64,000 bases of DNA from an uncultured Candidatus Saccharibacteria bacterium (GTDB lineage: Bacteria; Patescibacteriota; Minisyncoccia; UBA6257; UBA9933), in NCBI GenBank assembly GCA_964642155.1, contig CAZXNT010000004.1, positions 2,040 through 66,039 of the forward strand. Reading direction: 5' to 3'. The notes under the pieces are model-generated. The model did no database searches, was not told the DNA's origin, and saw only the letters and a program-made list of their open reading frames with translations. Position 1 is the stretch's first letter; each line of letters opens with the position of its first letter. Made by a program: the position numbers and the translations under genes. Below, piece after piece: positions 1-8,497 of the stretch.

Positions 1-114
1 TTTAGGTAAAATGTTTATTAAAAATCGTCTCAAATCTTATTTAACGGGGTGCTCAATGTTGTAGATAAATTTATTTCGCTCAACATTGGGTTTCGCTTAT
101 AAATTTATACAACA

Positions 115-1302
115 TTGGCAATGACTATTTTAATTAAAAACACTCAACTTCTTGATGGTACGGGCAGGTCGGCGATAAAAGCCGATGTTTTGATAAAAAA
201 CGATAAAATTTCCGCCATCGGCAATTTCCCGAATTATAAAGCTGATGAAATTATTGACGCGATGGGCGCTTATTTAGCTCCGGGGTTTATTGATATTAAT
301 AATGAAAGCGACCATTCGTTGGAAATTTTTTCTAATGATTATCAGGAAAATATTTTAAAACAAGGAATTACTTCCGTTATCGGCGGACACGGGGGCTTTT
401 CTTTGGCGCCGCTTCTTTACGGCTCTTTGGAAGCGATTAAACCATGGGCGGATATAAGAAAAATTAATGTTGATTGGCATACTTTAACTGAATTTTTAAA
501 GACTTTTAAAACAAGAAAGCTTAATGTGAATTTTGGCACTTTTTTGGGGCATACAACCGTTCGCTTTGATATTATTCACGACGCGCATAAATTAATTTTT
601 CGCGATTTGACTCCAAACGAATCGGCGGTTTTGAATTTTGTTATGGGGAAAAATTTAAAAGCAGGAGCTTTCGGCATTTCCGTCGGTTTTGACCACTCTT
701 TGGCTTCGGAAGTGTCCTATTTTGAAATTAAAAAAATGGCGGAATTGGCCGTTAAAGTCGGCGCGCTTTTAAGTTATAATCTTAAAGACAATAAAGAAGG
801 AATCGTTGATTCCGTTAAAAAAGCGATTTTTTTGGCAAAAGAAACCGGAGTTAAAATTTTGATAAATAATTTTAAACCGTCTCTGGAAGCTTTTAATTTA
901 ATTGAAGAAAATTCCAGCAACGCTGATATTTGTTTTTGCGCGAATCTTGATGATAATTATTCCGGCGAATCGGTTAAAATGTTGCAAAGCGACAAAGCTC
1001 TTATTTCTTCCGGCTTGCCTGCGCAGGCAGGCGGCTTTGGAAAATTTTTGGAATTAGTTGAAAAGGACAAAATTATGACAATTGAAGAAGCAGTTAAAAA
1101 AATAACTTCTTTGCCGGCGGCGAAGCTTAAATTGGATAAAAGGGGAATTGTTCGGGAAGGGTATTTTGCTGATTTGGTTCTTTTCAGAATTGAAAATTCG
1201 GAAATTTCAGATGTTATTATTAACGGTAAAAGAGCGGTGAAAGAAGGGAAATTCCAAAATATTTTAGAGGGGAAGGCGTTGGTAAACGATAAATTTATAT
1301 GA
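115..1302 (+). CDS. Amidohydrolase family protein (N-acyl-D-amino-acid deacylase-like), degenerate metal site
   Basis: N-terminal LIKN..LLDGTG..ADV..KI..IG and APGFID motifs, C-terminal RGIVREGYFADLVLF; the usual HxH motif reads NNE. Start is probably ATG at 121. Confidence 0.75.
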   Translation: MAMTILIKNTQLLDGTGRSAIKADVLIKNDKISAIGNFPNYKADEIIDAMGAYLAPGFIDINNESDHSLEIFSNDYQENILKQGITSVIGGHGGFSLAPLLYGSLEAIKPWADIRKINVDWHTLTEFLKTFKTRKLNVNFGTFLGHTTVRFDIIHDAHKLIFRDLTPNESAVLNFVMGKNLKAGAFGISVGFDHSLASEVSYFEIKKMAELAVKVGALLSYNLKDNKEGIVDSVKKAIFLAKETGVKILINNFKPSLEAFNLIEENSSNADICFCANLDDNYSGESVKMLQSDKALISSGLPAQAGGFGKFLELVEKDKIMTIEEAVKKITSLPAAKLKLDKRGIVREGYFADLVLFRIENSEISDVIINGKRAVKEGKFQNILEGKALVNDKFI

Positions 1303-2396
1303 GAAAAGGACATCGGCCGGATTATATTTTTATCTCTTGTATTATTATATTGTCGGTTTTTGGCTTAGTGATTCTTTCCAGCGCTTCTTCGGATACGGGA
1401 AAAATAAAATTTAACGACACTTATTATTATCTTAAGCATCAGATAATTTACGGATTAAGTTTGGGCATCGTCGGTTTTTTAATCGCTTCCAATTTTTATT
1501 ATCAAAATTGGAAAAAAATCGCGGTTTACGCCTTACTTATCAATATCGTTCTTTTGCTTTTGGTTTTTACGCCATTGGGTTTTGCCCACAGGGGCGCGAG
1601 CCGTTGGTTGGATATCGGCTTTTTTTCATTTCAGCCGGCGGAGTTTTTAAAAATAACTTTTATCATTTATCTCGCCGCTTGGCTAAGTAACAGGAAATCC
1701 GGCCGCCAAAAAAGTTTTTTAAAAGGTTTTGTGCCGTTTATCGTTATTTCGGGAATTATAGGCGCGTTGGTTTTATTTCAGCCGGCGACAACGATTTTGA
1801 TAATCGTTATGGTTTCGGCTTTAATCGTCTATTTCGCGAGCGGATTAAAAATGTCGCATCTTTTTTTAATCGCGCTGTTGGGAATTCTCGCGCTTGTTTT
1901 CGTGATTTATGCGACTCCTTACCGCTATGAAAGAATTAAAAATTTTTTTATTGAAGATGAAGCTAAGGACGCCACCAGCCGTTATCAAATAAATCGGGCG
2001 CAAGAGGCCATTGGGAGCGGGGGATTATTCGGCGTCGGTTTTGGCAAATCAACCACGAAATTCAAATATCTTCCCGAGCCGATAGGAGATTCAATTTTTG
2101 CCGTGGTTGCGGAAGAATTGGGGTTTACGGGTTCGTTGTTTTTAATTTCCGTTTTCATACTTTTTTTTATAAGAGGAATTTTAATAGCCAAGAAGGCGAG
2201 CGATCAATTCGGGAAATTGGCGGTGATGGGGTTGGTTTCCGCTATTGCGATTCAAACATTTATTCATATCGGAGCCGTTTCCGGATTAGTTCCTTTAACA
2301 GGGGTGCCCTTGCCCTTTATCAGTTACGGCGGTACGGCTTTGGCGGTTTTTTTGACGATGAGCGGGATTATTGTTAATATATCAAAGTACACATGA
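1299..2396 (+). CDS. ftsW: Peptidoglycan polymerase FtsW (SEDS family)
   Basis: GASRWL, FQPAEFLK, LPEPIGDSIFAVVAEELGF and PLTGVPLPFISYGG motifs; directly upstream of murG. Confidence 0.93.
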   Translation: MRKGHRPDYIFISCIIILSVFGLVILSSASSDTGKIKFNDTYYYLKHQIIYGLSLGIVGFLIASNFYYQNWKKIAVYALLINIVLLLLVFTPLGFAHRGASRWLDIGFFSFQPAEFLKITFIIYLAAWLSNRKSGRQKSFLKGFVPFIVISGIIGALVLFQPATTILIIVMVSALIVYFASGLKMSHLFLIALLGILALVFVIYATPYRYERIKNFFIEDEAKDATSRYQINRAQEAIGSGGLFGVGFGKSTTKFKYLPEPIGDSIFAVVAEELGFTGSLFLISVFILFFIRGILIAKKASDQFGKLAVMGLVSAIAIQTFIHIGAVSGLVPLTGVPLPFISYGGTALAVFLTMSGIIVNISKYT

Positions 2397-3565
2397 GAAT
2401 TTTATTCACCGGCGGCGGAACCGGCGGACATATTTATCCGATTTTAGCGGTTGTTGAAGAACTGCAAGCCTTTGCCGCGAAAAGAAACATATATATTGAT
2501 TTGCAATATCTCGGCGCTCCCGGAAATTTTCGCAAACTTTTTGTTTCCAACGGCGTTTCGGTTTCAAAAATATTATCCGCCAAATTACGGCGTTATTTTG
2601 ATTTGCGTAATTTTTTGGATTTTATTCTTTTCCCCATAAGTATTATTCAGGCGTTTTGGAAAGTTTTTTGGATTATGCCGGATGTTTTATTTTCCAAAGG
2701 CGGTCCGGGTTCGTTACCGGTTGTTATTGCCTGCAAATTTTATCAAATTCCCGTGATTGTCCATGATTCTGATTCAACAATCGGTTTAGCTAATAAATTA
2801 GCATTGTCTTTCGCGAGCCGTATTGCCGTTTCTTTTATTTCAACTGCCGAGGAAATTGTCGGAATGCAAAAAAACGCAAAAAAAGCCGAATCTTTTCGCG
2901 CCAAAATAGCGTTTGTCGGCAATCCAATCAGGCCTTCTCTTTTTAAAGGTGATATTATAGACAAACAGATGGCTAAAAAAATGCTTGGTTTTGAGTCGGA
3001 AAAACCCTTGATGCTGATTTTGGGCGGTTCGCAAGGTTCATCTACTATAAACGATTTTATGTTGAATATCGCCGGAGAATTGGTGAAAGATTGGCAAATT
3101 TTTCATCAAACCGGCATTGATAATTTTAACAGCGTTAAAAGTGAACTGGCGGTTGTCTTGAAAGGATTCGGCGAAGAGGAAAAATCACGATATAAAATTA
3201 TTCCTTATTTTGAAAATAATTTAAAAGACGCTTATTCGGCCGCTGATGTGGTAATTTCACGCGCTGGCAGTCTTTCAATTTTTGAAATCGCCACTTTCGG
3301 AAAGCCGTCAATTCTTATCCCTTTAAGCGAGAAAGTTGTGGGGGTTCATCAAATTAGAAACGCTTATGAATATGCGAAAACCGGAGCCGCCGTTGTTATT
3401 GAAGAAGAAAATCTTAAACCCCATATTTTTATGAGTCAATTAAGTAAAATTATCGGCGATGTTGATTTATTGAAAAAAATGTTTGAAGCCGCCCGCGGTT
3501 TTTCAAAACCCGACGCCGCTTCAAAAATCGCTGAAGAAATAATTCGTTTAAGCAATATGGTATAA
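2393..3565 (+). CDS. murG: UDP-GlcNAc:lipid I transferase MurG
   Basis: TGGGTGGHIYP, GNPIR, LGGSQGS and ISRAG motifs. Confidence 0.95.
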   Translation: MRILFTGGGTGGHIYPILAVVEELQAFAAKRNIYIDLQYLGAPGNFRKLFVSNGVSVSKILSAKLRRYFDLRNFLDFILFPISIIQAFWKVFWIMPDVLFSKGGPGSLPVVIACKFYQIPVIVHDSDSTIGLANKLALSFASRIAVSFISTAEEIVGMQKNAKKAESFRAKIAFVGNPIRPSLFKGDIIDKQMAKKMLGFESEKPLMLILGGSQGSSTINDFMLNIAGELVKDWQIFHQTGIDNFNSVKSELAVVLKGFGEEEKSRYKIIPYFENNLKDAYSAADVVISRAGSLSIFEIATFGKPSILIPLSEKVVGVHQIRNAYEYAKTGAAVVIEEENLKPHIFMSQLSKIIGDVDLLKKMFEAARGFSKPDAASKIAEEIIRLSNMV

Positions 3566-3572
3566 TTTAAAA

Positions 3573-4052
3573 ATGAACCCCGTTAGAAGTCTTAAAAAAT
3601 ATTTTTTACAAAAGGAGCCAAAGACGAAAGTCGGCTTCGCCTTTAAGATATTCAATAAAGATAATCAAGTATGGACTTCTAACGGGGTGAATTCATTGAT
3701 TTATCAAAAAAAACAAAAAGGACAAGCGATGCTTTTAGCGGTTCTATTGATTGGCACCAGTGTCTTAGTTATTACTTCTTTATCCGGTTATATGATGTTG
3801 CAAAGAATTAGAATGGGTTTTAATTTTGTTGATTCAACAAGGGCTATTTTTGCGGCTGACGCCGGAGTGGAATGCGAATTTTATAATTCTTTTAAGGGAG
3901 CGAGCGTGGATTGCGATGGTTTGGATTTTTCGGACCCATTAACAAAAGTTCAAACTATTATTGTGGCTGATGACAATGGCGTTCCGCAGTATATAAAATC
4001 AATCGGCACTTCTAATAAATCCAACCGCGCTTTCGTGGCGGAGTTTAAGTAA
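3573..4052 (+). CDS. Pilin-like/PilX N-terminal membrane protein with an N-terminal MITE-derived extension
   Basis: KQKGQAMLLAVLL prepilin-like cleavage site, hydrophobic helix and AIFAADAGVE motif; residues 2-39 come from an inserted TIR element. Confidence 0.65.
   Translation: MNPVRSLKKYFLQKEPKTKVGFAFKIFNKDNQVWTSNGVNSLIYQKKQKGQAMLLAVLLIGTSVLVITSLSGYMMLQRIRMGFNFVDSTRAIFAADAGVECEFYNSFKGASVDCDGLDFSDPLTKVQTIIVADDNGVPQYIKSIGTSNKSNRAFVAEFK
3578..3687. mobile_element. 110-bp MITE-like element with 14-bp TIR and 4-bp TGAA duplication
   Basis: CCCCGTTAGAAGTC ... GACTTCTAACGGGG, flanked by TGAA at 3574-3577 and 3688-3691. Confidence 0.8.
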
Positions 4053-4102
4053 TTTTTTTAATTTTTTCTTGATTTTTATAAATAACACGAGTATATTGTT
4101 AT

Positions 4103-4291
4103 CGCGGGGTAGAAGAGTTGTGTCTCACAGTGTCTTTTAGACTCATAATTTTATTTCTATTCTTCGCCGAGATTTTCTGAAAATTTGGAGCATCTCGGCG
4201 GGGTAGAGGAACGGTACCTCGCAGTGTCTTATAGACTCATAATCCCCATTTCTGTTCTTCGCTGAAATTTTCTAAGTTGTTGGAGTATTTC
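4103..4291 (+). repeat. Two ~95-bp tandem units containing degenerate 5' halves of tRNA-fMet
   Basis: Units start at 4103 and 4197 with GCGGGGTAGA... and contain CTCATAAT, matching the intact tRNA at 4292. Confidence 0.85.
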
Positions 4292-4362
4292 AGCGGGGTA
4301 GAGGAACGGTACCTCGGGGGGCTCATAATCCCCAGGAGCGGGTTCAATTCCCGCCCCCGCAA
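4292..4362 (+). tRNA. tRNA-fMet (CAT), initiator
   Basis: Cloverleaf with 1:72 mismatch, G-rich anticodon stem GGGGG-CTCATAA-TCCCC, T-loop TTCAATT. Confidence 0.88.
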
Positions 4363-4378
4363 CATTTTTAAAATTTTC

Positions 4379-4450
4379 GTCGGCGTAGCTCAGTGGTAGA
4401 GCGAAGGACTCATAAACCTTAGGTCGCAGGTCCGATTCCTGCCGCCGACA
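4379..4450 (+). tRNA. tRNA with CAT anticodon (elongator Met or Ile2)
   Basis: GTCGGCG/CGCCGAC acceptor stem, TAGCTCAGTGGTAGAGC D-arm, loop CTCATAA. Confidence 0.88.
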
Positions 4451-4459
4451 CTGAAATTA

Positions 4460-4876
4460 ATGCGTAAACATTCCAAAAAATTTATAATTTTTTTATTAAT
4501 AATCATTACGATTGCCGGTTTTTTTTATATTTATTCGGCAATAAAAATGGAAAAAACCTATGCTTTTTTTAAGCCGTTAGAAGTATTGGGAACATTTGAA
4601 AACTTGCCGGTAGTAAAAGCGGCAACGGAATATGGTAAAAAAAGCGTTGACAAAATCGGAGAAAAAATAAAAAATCAAACAAGTGTGATTAATAATTCAG
4701 TTTCCAAAGCAACGGATAATTTTAAAAATAGCGCGTTTGAATTTGCCAAAGAAAACATAAATAGCGGTCTTAACGCCATGGGCAATGTTTTGGGAGTTGA
4801 TGAGAAATTGATTACTACAACCATTATCAGTACAAGTACAGTAAATACAATTAGCAATAAAGAGAATTGTAAATAA
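4460..4876 (+). CDS. Hypothetical membrane-anchored protein
   Basis: ORF with an N-terminal hydrophobic helix. Confidence 0.6.
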   Translation: MRKHSKKFIIFLLIIITIAGFFYIYSAIKMEKTYAFFKPLEVLGTFENLPVVKAATEYGKKSVDKIGEKIKNQTSVINNSVSKATDNFKNSAFEFAKENINSGLNAMGNVLGVDEKLITTTIISTSTVNTISNKENCK

Positions 4877-4885
4877 TAAATAAAA

Positions 4886-5461
4886 ATGTCTCTGACTTAC
4901 AACGAATTAAAACCCGGAACTTTTATTATTTTTGAAGGACAGCCCTATGAAGTGCTGGAATTTGCGTTTTTGAGAATGCAACAGAGAAAACCGGTAAGCA
5001 AAACGAAATTGAAAAATTTGATAACCGGAAAAGTGAAAGAGCAAACCTTTCATCAAAGCGACATTTTGGAAGAAGCGGAACTTGAAAAGATGCCCTCGCG
5101 TTTTCTTTATGAAAGCAGGGGAGCTTATTGGTTTGACGAAGTCGGCAATCCAAAAAATCGTTTTTCTTTTGATAAAGAAACTTTTGGGGATTCGGTTGAT
5201 TTTTTAAAGCCGAATTTGGAAACAACAGCCGTGAAATTTGAAGGGAAAATCATCAATATAGAATTGCCGATTAAAGTCGCTTATAAGGTTGTGGAAGCTC
5301 CGCCGGCGATTAAAGGAGATACGGCGCAAGGCGGAAACAAGGCCGTGATTATTGAAACCGGCGCGAAAGTAAACACTCCGTTATTTATCAATAGCGGAGA
5401 CGTTGTTTTAGTGAATACTCAAACTGGCGAATATGTAGAGCGCGTTGAAAAAGGATTATAA
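4886..5461 (+). CDS. efp: Elongation factor P
   Basis: KLKNLITG, PPAIKGDTAQGGNK, ETGAKVNTPLFI and GEYVERV motifs. Confidence 0.95.
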   Translation: MSLTYNELKPGTFIIFEGQPYEVLEFAFLRMQQRKPVSKTKLKNLITGKVKEQTFHQSDILEEAELEKMPSRFLYESRGAYWFDEVGNPKNRFSFDKETFGDSVDFLKPNLETTAVKFEGKIINIELPIKVAYKVVEAPPAIKGDTAQGGNKAVIIETGAKVNTPLFINSGDVVLVNTQTGEYVERVEKGL

Positions 5462-5860
5462 GGCGCAACCGCTTTCCTGTGAAAGTTTTTCAAGTGTTTG
5501 TTCTCCTTCAAATTTTTTGCCCTCAGGGGCTTGCCCTGAGTTTGTCGAAGGGAAAATCCAAGTCGGGTATCCTTCCACTCCTTTATCAATGCATAATTTA
5601 GTATTTTCCGGACATTCAATATAAGGAACATATTGAAATGAATTTCCGAAAAGTTTTTTCTGATTTTGACAATGGACGCACCATTCGGCGCCGTACATCG
5701 TGATATTTTTTTCCGCCAAACATTTGGCGAAATTGTCATATTGGCTTAGCGCGTTATTTTGCGACTTGTCTTTTTTAATCTGTAAAAAAACCAACACCGC
5801 AACAGCGATTATGGCAATAATACCAATACTAATAATAATTTTTGCGCTTTTGTTTAACAT
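5456..5860 (-). CDS. Membrane-anchored thioredoxin-like protein (VKOR-associated Trx type)
   Basis: MYGAEWCVHC (CxxC), YIEC and GYPTW motifs; N-terminal TM helix. Confidence 0.85.
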   Translation of the reverse strand: MLNKSAKIIISIGIIAIIAVAVLVFLQIKKDKSQNNALSQYDNFAKCLAEKNITMYGAEWCVHCQNQKKLFGNSFQYVPYIECPENTKLCIDKGVEGYPTWIFPSTNSGQAPEGKKFEGEQTLEKLSQESGCAL

Positions 5861-5881
5861 ATTATTTTACAAAATAATTGA

Positions 5882-6024
5882 AGTCAGATTTGTTTTGAAG
5901 AACATCCCGCAGCCCCGACGGGCTTGGTCTGACCCCGCAAAGCGGGGGAAGCCGTCGGGGCGAGGGCGAAGAAAATTTTATCGCTGGAATAAAATTATTC
6001 TGTTTCTGAAAGGCAAATCTGGCT
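5882..6024. repeat. Nested inverted-repeat element (intergenic)
   Basis: Outer arms 5882-5896/6009-6024, inner GCCCCGACGG/CCGTCGGGGC, innermost CCCCGCAAAGCGGGG. Confidence 0.7.
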
Positions 6025-6034
6025 GAAATAAAAC

Positions 6035-6547
6035 TTATTCATCGCAACAATTCACTAATTTATTTACAATATCTTCCGTTGTCCAGGCCTGCCCCGTATG
6101 CGGGGATTTTTCGTTTTTCACCTCATTTTTTAATTCGGGGATACTGATAAGTTTCAGTCGCAACGCCCAAAACAGTGAGTAAATTTTATACGCTTTGTCA
6201 AAAAAATTTTTAGCCTCTTCTTTTTTGCCGTCAGAATAAAGTTTCGTGCCGACTTCAATCAGGCGCATTGCGGTTGCGAGCAGATGTTTTGCCGCGCACC
6301 AAGTTTCGCCTTCATGCTTATCAATCATTTTCGCGAGCAGTTCTTTGCGCGTTTCCCTGATTTCGTTCATAAAATCAAAATATTCTTCTTTACCTGTTTT
6401 TTTAGCGGTGAAAAAGAAATGCTCTTCCAGACTGATTAAATTCATTATGGCGATGCTTAAATCTTCTTCGGTTGACAAGTCAAACTCGCCGCTTTTTTTA
6501 AGCTCTTGGATTTTTTCTATAAGTTTTTGAAATTTTTGTTCGTCCAT
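6035..6547 (-). CDS. Conserved hypothetical helical protein (C-terminal CCDE)
   Basis: 170-aa ORF co-oriented in the ccdA-like/thioredoxin cluster. Confidence 0.7.
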   Translation of the reverse strand: MDEQKFQKLIEKIQELKKSGEFDLSTEEDLSIAIMNLISLEEHFFFTAKKTGKEEYFDFMNEIRETRKELLAKMIDKHEGETWCAAKHLLATAMRLIEVGTKLYSDGKKEEAKNFFDKAYKIYSLFWALRLKLISIPELKNEVKNEKSPHTGQAWTTEDIVNKLVNCCDE

Positions 6548-6564
6548 ATATTTATTTTAACCGA

Positions 6565-7227
6565 TTATAAAAGAAAAATCACTATGCCTAAAATTATCAT
6601 TGCCAAACTGCTGATATAGCGCATTCCTTTCATATTTTCAGATTTCCATTTTTGGGTTTTTTCCAGAAGCGTTTTATTATTGGCGATTAAAAGTATGATT
6701 ATCAGTGGCAAAATGAAAACCAAATTGTAATAAATCAAATATCCGAGCCCCTTCCAAAAAGTCGCTTGGTCGTGCAAGAGGCCGAGAACCAGCAGATATG
6801 GGCCGCCGGTGCAAGGAAATTCACAAAGCCCGACAAATCCGCCGAGCAGGAAAGCCGTTGGCGCCGAACCTTTTTCCATAAGTTTCGCCATTGTTCTGTG
6901 TGAACCCTGAGGGATTTTCAGTTTAATCGGAAAATTCGGGAAAATCGCGCCGAGCAATTCAATAATTCCCCATATTATAAGAAGAGACGCGCCGACTTTT
7001 CCCATAAAATTAGGGATGTTGAAAATTTGCAAAGTTTGCAGAATTCCGAGGCCGATTAAAATATAAACAATAAAGATGCCGAAAATATAAAGCAGGCCGA
7101 TTTTCAAAATATTCAAACGGTCGCGGCCGAGAGTGAAAAGAAAGGCGATAGTCAGTATTAAAACGGAAAAAGCGCAGGGATTAACGCTGTCAACCAGAGC
7201 GGCGGTTGTGATAATTAGCAAAAGCAT
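6565..7227 (-). CDS. Cytochrome c biogenesis CcdA/DsbD-type transmembrane protein
   Basis: DSVNPCAF and CEFPCTGGPY Cys motifs, about six TM helices. Confidence 0.85.
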   Translation of the reverse strand: MLLLIITTAALVDSVNPCAFSVLILTIAFLFTLGRDRLNILKIGLLYIFGIFIVYILIGLGILQTLQIFNIPNFMGKVGASLLIIWGIIELLGAIFPNFPIKLKIPQGSHRTMAKLMEKGSAPTAFLLGGFVGLCEFPCTGGPYLLVLGLLHDQATFWKGLGYLIYYNLVFILPLIIILLIANNKTLLEKTQKWKSENMKGMRYISSLAMIILGIVIFLL

Positions 7228-7294
7228 AATTCTTAATTTTAATTGAGCGAAAACTTGAAGTCAAACGGATTTTTGTTTAGTATAAAAGCGGATT

Positions 7295-7365
7295 GGGCTT
7301 GTAGCTTAGTGGCAGAGCATCCGGTTTGCATCCGGAAGATAGGGGTTCGATTCCCCTCAAGTCCA
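7295..7365 (+). tRNA. tRNA-Ala (TGC)
   Basis: Cloverleaf with G3:U70; anticodon arm TCCGG-TTTGCAT-CCGGA. Confidence 0.92.
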
Positions 7366-7373
7366 AAGGAAAG

Positions 7374-7440
7374 GCGAGAGTTCGACCTGCCCCGTAATGT
7401 CCGCCAGAAGCGGACTATTTCGGGGTTCTCGCTTGGTCCA
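7374..7440 (+). pseudogene. 3' remnant of a second tRNA (Ala-like) with a hairpin inserted in the T-loop
   Basis: GAGAGTTCGA|40-bp CCTGCCCCG..CGGGG insert|TTCTCGCTTGGTCCA. Confidence 0.6.
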
Positions 7441-7443
7441 AAA

Positions 7444-7785
7444 GGTAGGGTGGGTGAGCGGTTTAAACCGCTGGTCTTGTTCCCGATTTGTATAAAATTT
7501 GTTAGAATTTTATCTACAAATCGCAATCCCGCTTAAAGCGGAAGGTTGGCAGAGCGGTCTAATGCGCCGCACTTGAAATGCGGTTGAGGAGAAATCCTCT
7601 CGGAGGTTCGAATCCTCCACCTTCCGCTTTGTGCGGGAAAAAGCGTTATTGTGAGTTCTCCGCCTACGCGCCTCCTCCGCCGAAGCAACTTCGGCTGCGA
7701 AGGCCGGGCAAAGCTTCGGCGGATTGCTTTTGGTAGTAAAATCAAAGATTTTAACCAAAAGGGAAGAATCTCACCCCTACCGCCA
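7444..7785 (+). pseudogene. Fragmented outer tRNA-Ser (TGA-type) enclosing the intact tRNA-Ser
   Basis: 5' half 7444-7479 (GGTAGGG...CTGGTCTTG), T-stem 5' piece GTGAGTTC 7651-7658, 3' piece GAATCTCACCCCTACCGCCA 7766-7785; acceptor GGTAGGG/CCCTACC pairs perfectly. Confidence 0.8.
7540..7626 (+). tRNA. tRNA-Ser (TGA)
   Basis: GGAAGGT/ACCTTCC acceptor, loop CTTGAAA, long variable arm, G discriminator. Confidence 0.92.
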
Positions 7786-7886
7786 GCGTCAGTTAGAGAA
7801 ATTTAAACTTTTTTGGTATAATTAAATTGTAGTAAAAATCGCCAAGGCGTTGGGCGTTTTAATTGAGGATTTAATCAAATAAAACT

Positions 7887-8489
7887 ATGAAAGGAATTAT
7901 TTACATAATGACAACAGCCGTTTCTGGGTTGATAAAAATAGGACAAACTGGCACTGGTAATTATCAGGAACGAATGCGTAATCTTGAGGCAAATGGTTAT
8001 TATAATGTTTCCGGTCTGAAGAGATTTTTTGCGATTGAGCTTGAAGATTATAATGATAAAGAAAATCTTTTAAAGGAAATTTTTAACAAACATCGGGTTG
8101 GGGATAGTGAATTATTTGCCCTTGATTATGATTTAGTGCGACAACTTTTGTTATCATTCGAAGGCAAAGTGATATATCCCAAAGATGTAGATAAAGAAAA
8201 GGAATTTGACGAGGTTTCGAAAGCGAGAGAGCAAGGAGTACGGTTTAGTTTTTATAAAAAAGGAATTAAGAACGGAGAAGAAATTGTTTTTATAGCTGAT
8301 AAAGAAATCACTACGAAAGTAGTTGGCGAGCGTGAAGTGGAATATGGTGAACAAATTTGGAAACTTACACCATTAACGTACAAAATATATGAGCAAAAAG
8401 GAGGATTAAATGAGAGTGGCGCATACCAAGGGGCTGCTTATTGGCAATATAAAGGCAAACGACTAAGAGACTTGCCTGATATTAATTAA
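7887..8489 (+). CDS. T5orf172/GIY-YIG superfamily protein
   Basis: GIIYIM..GLIKIGQT..ERMRNL..E..SELF pattern. Confidence 0.7.
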   Translation: MKGIIYIMTTAVSGLIKIGQTGTGNYQERMRNLEANGYYNVSGLKRFFAIELEDYNDKENLLKEIFNKHRVGDSELFALDYDLVRQLLLSFEGKVIYPKDVDKEKEFDEVSKAREQGVRFSFYKKGIKNGEEIVFIADKEITTKVVGEREVEYGEQIWKLTPLTYKIYEQKGGLNESGAYQGAAYWQYKGKRLRDLPDIN

Positions 8490-8497
8490 ATAAAATT

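Noticed and set aside
4103-4362. ~95-bp periodic repeats as CRISPR
   Set aside because: The units derive from tRNA-fMet and the spacers are homologous to each other.
7239-7758. ORFs overlapping the Ala/Ser tRNA cluster (also 56932-57168)
   Set aside because: Shadow frames across GC-rich tRNA and hairpin sequence.
7480-7765. tRNA inserts as group I/II or archaeal BHB introns
   Set aside because: No recognisable P/Q/R/S or domain V cores or bulge-helix-bulge motifs; insert positions vary and the outer genes show decay.
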